In this document: positions 36,250 to 45,218 of the stretch, piece after piece
How the letters are laid out: each line of letters begins with the position of its first letter
Numbering within the stretch: the first letter of the stretch is position 1
Assembly: GCA_963823555.1 (NCBI GenBank)
Contig: CAWGMA010000002.1
Span: 1-64,000 of the forward strand
From: Candidatus Eiseniibacteriota bacterium
Lineage (GTDB): Bacteria > Eisenbacteria > RBG-16-71-46 > CAVPCR01
Direction of reading: 5' to 3'
DNA length: 64,000 nucleotides
Translations under genes and position numbers: made by a program
The notes under the pieces: generated by a model
What the model was told of the DNA's origin: nothing
The model's input: only the letters and a program-made list of their open reading frames with translations
Databases searched by the model: none

Positions 36250-37092
36250 ATGAGACTGCCGCTCGCCGGGCTCTTGCTTGTCCTGTCATTGGTGTCGAGT
36301 GGCGACCTCCACGGACAGGATGCCTCAGGTCGGTTTCAGATCGAATCGCGTGCGGTCGGTGTCGCCTATGATATCGAGGTGGTGACCCCGGCAGAGAGCT
36401 CTGCCGTAGCGAAGTATCCCGTGGCCTACTGCATGGACTGGTATATCCTTGACGACTATCTCAAGTCCCTGCCCGGGCTGATGGCCCTTGGCCGCCTGGT
36501 GGAGCCCTACATCCTCGTGGGAATCGCCCAGGGTTCGACGACCGAGGACTGGGCTGCGGCGCGAACGAGGGACTTCACGCCGGTTCATCCCGCAGACGAA
36601 TATTCCAGGAGTCACATGTATCCACCCGCCCTCGATGCGACCGGGGGTGCGCAGAAGTTCGTCGCGTTCCTCGAGAGTGAGCTCATCCCGCAGATCGAAT
36701 CGAGGTATCCTGCCGATCCCTCTCGCCGGTGTTTTGTCGGCTATTCACTGGGCAGCCTGCTGGGCGTCTATGTCATGACCGAGCGCACCGGTTTGTTCCA
36801 GGACTACATACTGGGAAGTCCTTCGCTGTGGTTCAACGATTACTACCTGTCCTCCATGCTAGAGGAGGGACCGGCGGACCGCCTTGCAGCCATCGAGAAG
36901 GTCTACGTCAGCGTCGGTGAAGAGGAGTCCTGGGAAATGCTGAAGAGCTTCGACCTCATGCGCTCCGCGCTCACCCGGACCGCAGGCGGAGGTCCGGAGA
37001 TCAAGGCGGAGATCATCGACGCGGCAGGACATGTCGGCGCCATGCCGATCTCCCTCTACAATGGATTTCGCTTCATCTTTCAGAACGACTGA
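36250..37092 (+). CDS. Secreted alpha/beta hydrolase (IroE/BesA-like esterase)
   Basis: RTRDFTP, GGAQKF..ELIP, GYSLG, GSPSLW. Confidence 0.9.
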   Translation: MRLPLAGLLLVLSLVSSGDLHGQDASGRFQIESRAVGVAYDIEVVTPAESSAVAKYPVAYCMDWYILDDYLKSLPGLMALGRLVEPYILVGIAQGSTTEDWAAARTRDFTPVHPADEYSRSHMYPPALDATGGAQKFVAFLESELIPQIESRYPADPSRRCFVGYSLGSLLGVYVMTERTGLFQDYILGSPSLWFNDYYLSSMLEEGPADRLAAIEKVYVSVGEEESWEMLKSFDLMRSALTRTAGGGPEIKAEIIDAAGHVGAMPISLYNGFRFIFQND

Positions 37093-37113
37093 GGTCGAGG
37101 GGGGCACGAGCAC

Positions 37114-37518
37114 ATGGATGAAAAGAAGCAAGTGTCCGCTTGTCTGGAGCGGATCGTCCAGGCCGGGATGGCTGGCAAGACCGACGCCCTCCCTTCGCTC
37201 CTCCACGATGACGTGGTCATGGCGTTCCCCGGCTTCAGTGGCCGGGCGCAGGGGAAGGCCGCCATGCTCGGCGGGTTCGAAGACTTCGTCGCGAACGCCA
37301 TCGTACAGGCTCACGAGGAGCTGGATGAGCAGGTGGATGTGATCGATGACCTGGCAGTGGGGAGCTATCGCTTCGACATCACCTACTCCCGGGGCGGCGC
37401 CAGTCACCGCAGCACGGGGCGCGACCTCTGGGTGTTCCGCAAGTCCGGAGATCGCTGGCAGGCCGTATGGCGGACCATGCTGGAGCTGGTTGATGAGGAG
37501 TTGCCAGCACAGCTCTAG
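37114..37518 (+). CDS. NTF2/SnoaL-like (DUF4440) protein
   Basis: LLHDDVVM, GRDLWVF..WQAVWR. Confidence 0.82.
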   Translation: MDEKKQVSACLERIVQAGMAGKTDALPSLLHDDVVMAFPGFSGRAQGKAAMLGGFEDFVANAIVQAHEELDEQVDVIDDLAVGSYRFDITYSRGGASHRSTGRDLWVFRKSGDRWQAVWRTMLELVDEELPAQL

Positions 37519-37553
37519 GTCGTACAGCTCGACTTGCAGAGAGTGGAGGTTGG

Positions 37554-38552
37554 ATGAGAGCGCGGACACTGGGGACGACCGGTATCTCGATCTCGCGCGT
37601 GATCCTCGGCTGCGGTACCTTCGGCGGCATCGGCGGAGCCCGGGATCTGATCGGGCGCGGCCTCGACCGTGAGGCGGCGTTCGCCACGATGGACGAAGCG
37701 GTCGCTCTCGGTATCGACGTCTTCGACACCGCGGAACGCTATGCCGACGGTGAAAGCGAGCGAGCCATGGGGGAATGGCTCCACAGCCGCCCGGAAACAG
37801 TGACCTCCCGGGTCCGCGTCGCCACCAAGGTGGCGCCGCCGAAGGCCGACGGCGCCGATGGGGTCCCGTTCGATCGCGACTACATCGAGCGCAAGCTGGC
37901 GGTGAGCCTCGAGCGTCTGGGGCTCGACCGAGTTGCCTTCTACCTCTCCCACGCGCCGGACGAGGTGACGCCCATCGAGAAGACGGTGGAAGGCTTTGCT
38001 GCCGTGGTCGAATCCGGACGCGCGGCCCACATCGGGTGCTGCAATGTCGATGTCGCTCAGCTCCTCGAGGCGCTGGAGGCAGCGGATCGGCTCGGAGTCC
38101 GGGGCTTCGAGTGGGTGCAGAACGGCTACAGCCTGCTGTCACCCGATGACGAGCGAGAAGTCCGGGCCGTGTGCCGGGAGCGAGGTCTCGGCTTCACGCC
38201 CTTCTCGCCCCTGGCCGGTGGGGTGTTGACGGGAAAGTACCGGCGCGGCGAGTCTTTCCCGGAGGGGACGCGCATGGCGCTGCGGCCGGAAGGACATGCC
38301 GCCCTCATGACCGACGCGGTGCATGATGCGCTCGACCGGCTTCGGGGTGCGGCGGCGGCCCGTGGTGTGAGTCCCGGGGCCCTCGCCCTCGCCTGGGTGC
38401 TCTCGCATCCGGACTGCACCGCGCCGGTCGTGGGGCCCTCGCGCCGGGCGCCGCATCTCGGGCATGTGGCCGAAGCCCTCGCCGTGGAGCTGACCGCGGA
38501 CGACCGCGAGCAACTCACCCGATGGTTCGCGAAGGCGCAGGGCGTCGTGTGA
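37554..38552 (+). CDS. Aldo/keto reductase
   Basis: FDTAERY, VATKV, SLERLG, QNGYSLL, FSPLAGGVLTGKY. Confidence 0.94.
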   Translation: MRARTLGTTGISISRVILGCGTFGGIGGARDLIGRGLDREAAFATMDEAVALGIDVFDTAERYADGESERAMGEWLHSRPETVTSRVRVATKVAPPKADGADGVPFDRDYIERKLAVSLERLGLDRVAFYLSHAPDEVTPIEKTVEGFAAVVESGRAAHIGCCNVDVAQLLEALEAADRLGVRGFEWVQNGYSLLSPDDEREVRAVCRERGLGFTPFSPLAGGVLTGKYRRGESFPEGTRMALRPEGHAALMTDAVHDALDRLRGAAAARGVSPGALALAWVLSHPDCTAPVVGPSRRAPHLGHVAEALAVELTADDREQLTRWFAKAQGVV

Positions 38553-38604
38553 TCGTGCCGATCCCGCCACCATCCACCAAGCGCAGAGGAACTGGCGAAA
38601 CTCG

Positions 38605-39417
38605 ATGACTCGACATAGGACCCGAGGGTGGCTGCTCCTGGGAGTAGGACTCGCGGCGGGCGCGGTTCTGGCCTCCGGGCCGGCAAGTCTTACCGCACTA
38701 GCTGTGGAGACGGGATTTCTGGATCGCACCGCGACCGTGGCCGGCGGCACCTATCGATACCAGGTGTATGTGCCGGCCGCATATCCCACGGCCGAGGCGT
38801 GGCCCGTCATCCTGTTCCTCCATGGAAGCGGGGAATGCGGTAGCGACGGACTGGCGCCGACGACCGTCGGGATCGCGCCGGCGATCAGGCGATCACCCTC
38901 GCGTTACCCCGCCATCGTCGTCTTTCCCCAGGCGCCGGCCGACTCCAGCTGGGCCGGGATACCCGGGGAGATGGCCCTCGCCGCGCTGGACCGCACGCTC
39001 GCCGAGTTTCACGCCGATTCCACTCGCGTCTACCTGGTCGGTCTATCCATGGGCGGCAACGGTGCCTGGCACCTGGCGTATCGTCATCCTGAGCGGTTCG
39101 CTGCGCTGGCTGTCATCTGCGGCTACGTGACCCCGCCCGTGACCCTCTCGAACCGCAAGTCCGCCGTGCCCGCGGAGGATGGCGAGCCGCTCGTCGCGGT
39201 CGCGGGGCGGCTGGGCCGAATGCCGACCTGGATCTTCCACGGCGAGGTGGATTCGGTGGTTCCGGTGGAGGCGTCGCGCCAGGTGGCTCAGGCCCTCGAG
39301 CGCGACGGCGGTGATGTGCGGTACAGCGAGTTTCCGGGGATCGACCACGGGGTCTGGGATGCGGTGTTCTCGTCGCCGAGCTTCGTCGAGTGGCTGTTCG
39401 CCCAGCGGCGGCCCTAG
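38605..39417 (+). CDS. Secreted esterase/peptidase (alpha/beta hydrolase)
   Basis: ILFLHGSGE, GLSMGG, WIFHGEVDSVV, DHGVW. Confidence 0.9.
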   Translation: MTRHRTRGWLLLGVGLAAGAVLASGPASLTALAVETGFLDRTATVAGGTYRYQVYVPAAYPTAEAWPVILFLHGSGECGSDGLAPTTVGIAPAIRRSPSRYPAIVVFPQAPADSSWAGIPGEMALAALDRTLAEFHADSTRVYLVGLSMGGNGAWHLAYRHPERFAALAVICGYVTPPVTLSNRKSAVPAEDGEPLVAVAGRLGRMPTWIFHGEVDSVVPVEASRQVAQALERDGGDVRYSEFPGIDHGVWDAVFSSPSFVEWLFAQRRP

Positions 39418-39471
39418 GCCGAGTCGACTCGGGCGCGTCGCGGCACTGCTGGCAGAGGAGGTTGCAGGCTG

Positions 39472-40114
39472 ATGCTATCGGCACGGGACGCACTGGGACG
39501 CTTGCGAGAGGGAAACAGCCGTTTCGCGTCGGGTGTGCGGAGCCTCGACACGCTCATGAGCCAGACGCGGCGCGAGGAGTTCGTCGCCGGCCAGAAACCG
39601 TTCGCTGTGGTTGTCGGCTGCTCCGACTCGCGCGTTCCCGTGGAGATGATCTTCGACCAGGGCCTCGGCGACCTGTTCGTGATCCGGGTGGCAGGTAACA
39701 TCGTCGCGCCCTCGCAGATCGGCAGCGTGGAGTTCGCTGCGGAGCGCTTCGGCACCCGTCTCGTCGTAGTCCTCGGGCACACCCTGTGCGGAGCGATCGA
39801 GGCCACGCTGGAGGAGCTTCAACGACCGACGGAGAACCAGTCGCGGAACCTGCGCTTCGATCGTCGATCGCATCCGACCCTCGGTCGAGGGCCTGCTGGC
39901 GACCGAGCTCAGGAGAGACCAGGAGGCCCTGGCGCGAGAGGCGGTGCGAGCCAACGTCCGCGTGTCTGCAAACCAGCTGAGACATGGGTCTGAAGTGCTG
40001 GAGCAACTGATCCGGGACGATGGCCTTCTAGTCGTTGGGGCGGAATATGCGCTCGACACGGGGCTGGTCGACTTCTTTGATGCCATGCACCCGTCCGGCC
40101 AGCGTGGGATGTGA
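39472..40114 (+). pseudogene. Beta-class carbonic anhydrase with a 1-bp frameshift near 39857
   Basis: GCSDSRV, RVAGN, GHTLCGA; removing one base restores SIVDRIRP..AVRANV..VVGAEY. Confidence 0.88.
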
Positions 40115-40176
40115 CGCACGAACTGGGTCATGCCGGCGGAAGGCGGCAAGCGGATCCAGCTCACGAGCCACCCCTG

Positions 40177-41874
40177 CTACTTGGCTGCCGGCGCCTCCGC
40201 CTTCGAGGCGTCGAAGACGTGCACGGTGCGCGTCGGGAAGGCGAAGGCCGTGCCCGCATCCTCCACGACCTGCATGAAGCCGAGCAGCACTTCCTGGCGG
40301 CACTGCTGGAAGTCGGCCCAGGTCGGCACCTGGAACCAGGCCATGATCTCGATGTCGAGCGAGCTGGCGCCGAACTCCTTGAACTTGATTACCATGGAAT
40401 CGGGCCAGATCTTCGGGTGTTCGCGGAGCACGCGCTCGAATCCTTCGAGCACTTGCTGCATCTGAGCATGCGTCGTGCCGTACTCGACGCCGATCGTGGT
40501 GGCGAGGCGCATGCGGTCGCGAGCGGTGTAGGACTCGAGCCGCATATCGGCGACCTTCCCGTTCGGGATCGAGATCAGGGTGCGGTCGAGGGTCCGGAAT
40601 CGCGTCGAGCGGAGGCCGATATCCTCGACCGTGCCGACGAAGTCCTCCACCTTGACGAAATCGCCGACGCGGAACGGGCGGTCGGCGGCGAGGGAGATCG
40701 AGCCGAAGAGATTCTCGATGGTCTTCTGCGCGCCGAAGGCGAACGCGAAGCCGCCGATGCCGAGGCCGGCGAGAAGCGTGTTCACCGGGTAGCCGAGCTC
40801 CGCAAGCATCGCCACGATTCCGGAGGCGGCCACGAAGCCCTTGGCGAGATTGCGGCCCACGGTGAGCACGCTGCGAGCCGAGGCGCTCTGGGCGGCCCAC
40901 GGTGTGGCGAGCAGAGCATCCCAGACGACATCGACGACGCGCCACAACAGGAAGAAGACGATGACGACGCCTGTCGCCCCGAGCAGCGAGCGCACGAACG
41001 CCTCGGCCGGCTCGTAAAGATCCAGCAAGGGTAGTAGCGCATAGGCGGCGACCAGCATCCACACGAGAGTGAGCGGTGCCGCCGAACGGTCGAGCAGGTG
41101 GTCGTCCCAGGTGGCGCGGGTGTGGGCGAAGGCGCGGCCCAGGACATTGCGCGTGATCCAGCCGAGCAGGCGCCCCACCGCCCACGCGACGAGGAGGAGG
41201 AGCGGCAGCGCCAGCCATTGCCACCACAGCAGGTCGCGGGGTCCGGGGCGCAGCAGAAGCTCGGGCATCCACTCGTGCAACCAGTGATCCGGGAGATCGC
41301 CATACCAATGATCGATGCGCCCGACGGTGCTCCGGGAGAAGGCCCAGTAGCTGCCTTGATCGTCGTGTGTCTTGACGAGTCGCACCGTTTCGTTGCGCTT
41401 GCCGGAAGGGATCGTTCCGATCTGCTCGACATGGGCCGGCAGGTCATCGTCGTGAGACCCGTCGGGGTCGGCCGAGATGGTATCGAGATCGATCCACAGG
41501 TACCGGTCCAGGACCGCCTTGAGCCGCATGGCAAGCTCAGCCGCCTCGCCAGCGCGCGCCGGGGGCACCTGCAGGTAGCGCGTGGCCTCCGCATAGTGGC
41601 CGTCGCGCGTGAGCTCGAGGTAGGCCTGCACCGAGGCGCGTGGCGAGTCGCTGGCGACCTCCGCCGGTCCTTCATCCACGGGTTCCGGTGGCGGAGGGGT
41701 CTCGACCGGCGTGGGTAGCTGCGCCAGGGCGGGGCGAGCGAGGAGGCCGGATGTGGCGGTGAGGCCGGTGGCGACCGACCCGGCGGCGACGAGCAGGACG
41801 AGCAGGGTCTGGACGATCCGCGGGCTTGGCCCGAGCGGCGCCCCGCCTTCGCCGCTGGAGTGTCTCTTCATCAT
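40177..41874 (-). CDS. mscS: Small-conductance mechanosensitive channel (MscS family) with periplasmic N-terminus
   Basis: LAGLGIGG, PFRVGDFV, GTVEDIGLRSTR, IPNG, FAFPTRT. Confidence 0.93.
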   Translation of the reverse strand: MMKRHSSGEGGAPLGPSPRIVQTLLVLLVAAGSVATGLTATSGLLARPALAQLPTPVETPPPPEPVDEGPAEVASDSPRASVQAYLELTRDGHYAEATRYLQVPPARAGEAAELAMRLKAVLDRYLWIDLDTISADPDGSHDDDLPAHVEQIGTIPSGKRNETVRLVKTHDDQGSYWAFSRSTVGRIDHWYGDLPDHWLHEWMPELLLRPGPRDLLWWQWLALPLLLLVAWAVGRLLGWITRNVLGRAFAHTRATWDDHLLDRSAAPLTLVWMLVAAYALLPLLDLYEPAEAFVRSLLGATGVVIVFFLLWRVVDVVWDALLATPWAAQSASARSVLTVGRNLAKGFVAASGIVAMLAELGYPVNTLLAGLGIGGFAFAFGAQKTIENLFGSISLAADRPFRVGDFVKVEDFVGTVEDIGLRSTRFRTLDRTLISIPNGKVADMRLESYTARDRMRLATTIGVEYGTTHAQMQQVLEGFERVLREHPKIWPDSMVIKFKEFGASSLDIEIMAWFQVPTWADFQQCRQEVLLGFMQVVEDAGTAFAFPTRTVHVFDASKAEAPAAK

Positions 41875-41909
41875 CACGGGGCCGAGTAGACAACCCCGGA
41901 GCGCGAGGG

Positions 41910-42944
41910 TCAAGTCCCGCGTCGCCTCGCGATGACCGTCGTTTCTTCAACGTGGAATCGCACCGGAAGGAAGCGCTCCGCGACCCGCATGTTGGTCTCC
42001 GTGTGCGGCGTGATCTCGCTCGTGCGCACGCGACCGCCGAGGAGTCCGAGAAAGGGTACGATCTGATCCGCCAGATGGCGATCCACCGCCGCCCCGCTCG
42101 CCCACTCCGCCTCGAGCCTGGACGCCGCCTCCCGACCCACTCGCTCCGCCGGCTTGCCCCGGGCTCCGATCGCGGACGCGCCGAGTACCGTCGCCGTGGT
42201 GGTGAGCCTGGCCAGGATGGACGTGCCCGGGTTCCGCATGCGGACGTAGGACAGCCGCGGCGCGATCGGCCCCCAGGCCGGGTCGGCGGCGGCGACGAAG
42301 CCATCGACCTGGCGCTCCGCGACGCGCGCGCGCGCCAGCGTCTCATCGGCGAGGCTGAGGATGTCAAGGCGCTGCGGTGTCCCCTGCTCGAGAAGCTCGA
42401 TCGGCGTGGCGGGTCGGGCGTCCCACGGGGTCACGTCGACGCGCACCTCGCCGCCGCCCTTGGGATGGACGCCGTGCTTGATGATGCTCATGCGCACGTC
42501 CATTCCCAGGCGCGAGAGATGAACGAGCAGGACGGTCTCGAGATAGGCTGCGAGCGGGCTCCACGAGACATCGGTGCCGCCGGTCACCGTGATCTCGACC
42601 GGCCCCGGGGCGTGGAGCGCGATCGGGATCGCGGCCTGCAGGACGAGGGTCGCCGCACCCGCCGTGCCGACGGCGATGTGGAAGCGGCCGCTGGCGATGG
42701 CCGAGGGCCGGAAGAGAAGCTCGGTCGAGCCCGGCTTCGCCCCTTCAACCGATGCGGCGGCGAGCTGGCGTGCGGCTTCGACCGCGGCCAGGTGCTGGGC
42801 GGCCAGCCCCGGGTTCGCCCGCCGCGCACGGATCTTCGTCAGGTGGCAGGCGCGGCCGGTGATGGCGGAGAGCGCGACGGAGGTGCGCACGACCTGTCCC
42901 CCACCCTCGCCCTGGCTGCCATCGATCGCGATGATCTCGCTCAT
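41910..42944 (-). CDS. rtcA: RNA 3'-terminal phosphate cyclase
   Basis: IDGSQGEGGGQVVR, PGLAAQH, GGTDV, PKGGG, VDRHLADQ, HTETN. Confidence 0.96.
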   Translation of the reverse strand: MSEIIAIDGSQGEGGGQVVRTSVALSAITGRACHLTKIRARRANPGLAAQHLAAVEAARQLAAASVEGAKPGSTELLFRPSAIASGRFHIAVGTAGAATLVLQAAIPIALHAPGPVEITVTGGTDVSWSPLAAYLETVLLVHLSRLGMDVRMSIIKHGVHPKGGGEVRVDVTPWDARPATPIELLEQGTPQRLDILSLADETLARARVAERQVDGFVAAADPAWGPIAPRLSYVRMRNPGTSILARLTTTATVLGASAIGARGKPAERVGREAASRLEAEWASGAAVDRHLADQIVPFLGLLGGRVRTSEITPHTETNMRVAERFLPVRFHVEETTVIARRRGT

Positions 42945-42972
42945 CGCGGTGACTCCCCCTCCGGCGAGCTCG

Positions 42973-44847
42973 CTAGCGTGTGCGAATGACCTGGCCGCGC
43001 GCGAGTGCACGCAAGTCGCTGCCCTCGAGGCGGATGAAGTAGGCGCCGGGGGGCACCCGATGGCCGGCCGAATCCCGTCCATCCCAGCGCGCATCTTGCG
43101 CCCCCGCTTCCGGGATCAGGAGGCGCACCATGCGGCCCGCCGGGTCGTAGATCCCGATCCGCGCCGCGCCGTCGGCGGGCGGCGGGCCAGCGTTCCAGGT
43201 GATGGTCGTCTCGCTCGCGAAGGGATTCGGACTCGCGCTCAGCTCGAGCGGGCGGGCCAGGGGAGCCGCCGGATCGAGCGCGATCGCCGCCGCGTCGCCG
43301 ACGATGGCGAAAGACGAGGGAGTGATGGTGAGCGCGGTCTCCGTCCCTGCCGCCAGGGTGTAGCGCAGGCGGCAATCCGCGGAGACCGTGAACGGGACGG
43401 TCCACTGCCACCGGCCGCTGTCCGGCAAACCGCTGGCGATCATCGTCCATGGCCCACCGGCGCCCGAGGTCGAGAGCTCGAGCGTGACCGTGGCCGGTGT
43501 GCTGCCAGGGACCGAGCTCGTCCAGTCGATGAAGGCCACGGCCCCCGCGCGGAGTGTTGCCGCGGGCCGCGGTTGCATGGCATGGATCGCGAGGGTGGTG
43601 GGTGGCGTCGCCTCCCTGTAGAGATGGAAGCGGTTGACATAGACGAACGGCCCGCCTTCCTGGGCGATGACGGCGATGTCGGGGAACCCGTTATGATCGG
43701 TATCCCCGCCGGTGCGGAGCGCAGTGTGATAGCCGGGCGTGGGCGAGTTGAGAGCAGCGGATTGCGTCCAGTTGCCGGACCCATCGCCAGTCCAGATGGT
43801 GAGCTGCCCGTCCCCGAACGCGACGAGGTCCATGGCACCATCGAGGTCCATATCGAATAGTTGCGTGGCCTCGTAGTTTCCCGAGGCCGGGAGTCCGGTG
43901 CCGGCGGCGGCCCAGGTGCCCGGACCCGTCCATCGCCAGACCTCGACCCCGCCCTGGCTCGTGGCGAACGCGAGATCGGCGCGGCCATCGGCGTCGATAT
44001 CGCCCAGGCTCGGGCCGCGGCGGCCGACGCTGCCGGCAGGTGGCAGGTTGCCGTCTCCCGCCGTGAAGCCGCCGCTCCCATCCCCCAGGTAAACGGTCTG
44101 GTTCTGGTGCGCGACCGCGATGTCGGGATAGCCGTCGCCGTTGACGTCGCCTGTGGTCAGGTCCTGCCTCGAGTTGCCCCCGACGAAACCGAAGCTCTGG
44201 AGCCAGGTGCCATCTCCCTGGTTCAAATAGACGTGCACGCCGGCACAGCAGCCGAACGAGTTGGCGGCCACATCGAGATCCCCATCGGCGTCGAAGTCGG
44301 CGAGATCGGTGCCGAACATGCCCCAGGTCTCGCCGTGGGTGGCGAGGCCGTCATCCCAGGGCGTCCATGCCGTGCCCGTGCCATCGCCCAGCGCGACCTC
44401 CAGCAGCTGATCCCCGAAGTCCACGCCCGAGTAGTTGTGGTGCATGCCGTAGGCGGCATCCAGATGGCCGTCGCCGTTCACATCGCCGAGCGCCACCCCG
44501 CCGTAGCCGAAGTTGCCGGTCTGGACGACGCTCCAGTTGCCGGCTCCATCCCCGAACCACACCATGATTCCGTGCTCCTGGGTGTTCACGTAGGGCGAAC
44601 CGTGATCGCCGATCGAGATCAGATCCAGTTTGCCGTCGGCGTTCACATCCGCCATCTCCACCTCGGTCCGCCCGCCATCGAGCGCGGGCGTCCCCAGTCC
44701 GGTCGACGACTCGACATAGGTGAGAGCGGCGACGGGTGGAGTTGCGGGTGGTGCTGCGGTGATGATGACGGCGAGGGTGGTAAGGAGTGGGAAGAAGAAG
44801 GGGTGAGGTGAGGGGGTCGGGATGGACGGCGAGGGCTGCTGCTTCAT
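42973..44847 (-). CDS. Secreted FG-GAP repeat protein with C-terminal FlgD-Ig/T9SS-type domain
   Basis: Repeated GDVNGDG motifs; C-terminal SPNPF..IYDPAGRMVR..WDGRDSAG..VPPGAYF. Confidence 0.9.
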   Translation of the reverse strand: MKQQPSPSIPTPSPHPFFFPLLTTLAVIITAAPPATPPVAALTYVESSTGLGTPALDGGRTEVEMADVNADGKLDLISIGDHGSPYVNTQEHGIMVWFGDGAGNWSVVQTGNFGYGGVALGDVNGDGHLDAAYGMHHNYSGVDFGDQLLEVALGDGTGTAWTPWDDGLATHGETWGMFGTDLADFDADGDLDVAANSFGCCAGVHVYLNQGDGTWLQSFGFVGGNSRQDLTTGDVNGDGYPDIAVAHQNQTVYLGDGSGGFTAGDGNLPPAGSVGRRGPSLGDIDADGRADLAFATSQGGVEVWRWTGPGTWAAAGTGLPASGNYEATQLFDMDLDGAMDLVAFGDGQLTIWTGDGSGNWTQSAALNSPTPGYHTALRTGGDTDHNGFPDIAVIAQEGGPFVYVNRFHLYREATPPTTLAIHAMQPRPAATLRAGAVAFIDWTSSVPGSTPATVTLELSTSGAGGPWTMIASGLPDSGRWQWTVPFTVSADCRLRYTLAAGTETALTITPSSFAIVGDAAAIALDPAAPLARPLELSASPNPFASETTITWNAGPPPADGAARIGIYDPAGRMVRLLIPEAGAQDARWDGRDSAGHRVPPGAYFIRLEGSDLRALARGQVIRTR

Positions 44848-44988
44848 GGGATCACCTCGGACAGGATCGTGGGTGGGTCGCGGTGCGCGAGCTCCGACGC
44901 CGGAATCGGCCCATCCATGATCGCAGCCCCGGGCGGTATCGGGGAGCCCGACTTGCGACCGCGTCTTTTTTCGATCGGCGGGGATCTT

Positions 44989-45030
44989 TCCAGTTGACTG
45001 GAGGTACTCATTAGTATAGTCTTCTGAGTA
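44989..45030 (+). promoter_or_regulatory. Putative sigma70 promoter overlapped by two palindromes, upstream of the HNH gene
   Basis: TTGACT (44994)-17nt-TAGTCT (45017); TCCAGT-TG-ACTGGA 44989-45002; TACTCA-N14-TGAGTA 45005-45030. Confidence 0.6.
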
Positions 45031-45218
45031 TTGATGGGGCCCGCCCCTCGCCCACCCCGCGAGAGCCCCAGGCGCACCGAGCCAGATCCCGGCCAGATTG
45101 GCCGACCCCACCATAAGCCGTTTTCTTGAATGGGCTTGACGCTCCGGCCGGACCCTTCGGGTCGGGCTCCGGGGAGCTCGAGCCGGCGCCGTGGTTGCCG
45201 CCAGCCGCTGGGGACCGC

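Noticed and set aside
39419..39432. Perfect palindrome CCGAGTCGACTCGG between esterase and carbonic anhydrase
   Set aside because: It is a single short GC-rich palindrome with no U-tract or attC boxes, so no function can be assigned.
9460..40114. Frameshifts in mrr, SEC-C, methyltransferase and carbonic anhydrase as programmed recoding or phase variation
   Set aside because: There are no consistent slippery motifs, and similar indels occur outside the array (39857, about 63955). Sequencing error or decay is more likely; read polishing is needed.
41910..42944. rtcA as part of one system with hen1-pnkp
   Set aside because: It lies 20 kb away in backbone context on the opposite strand with no rtcB or rtcR, so the proximity is probably coincidental.
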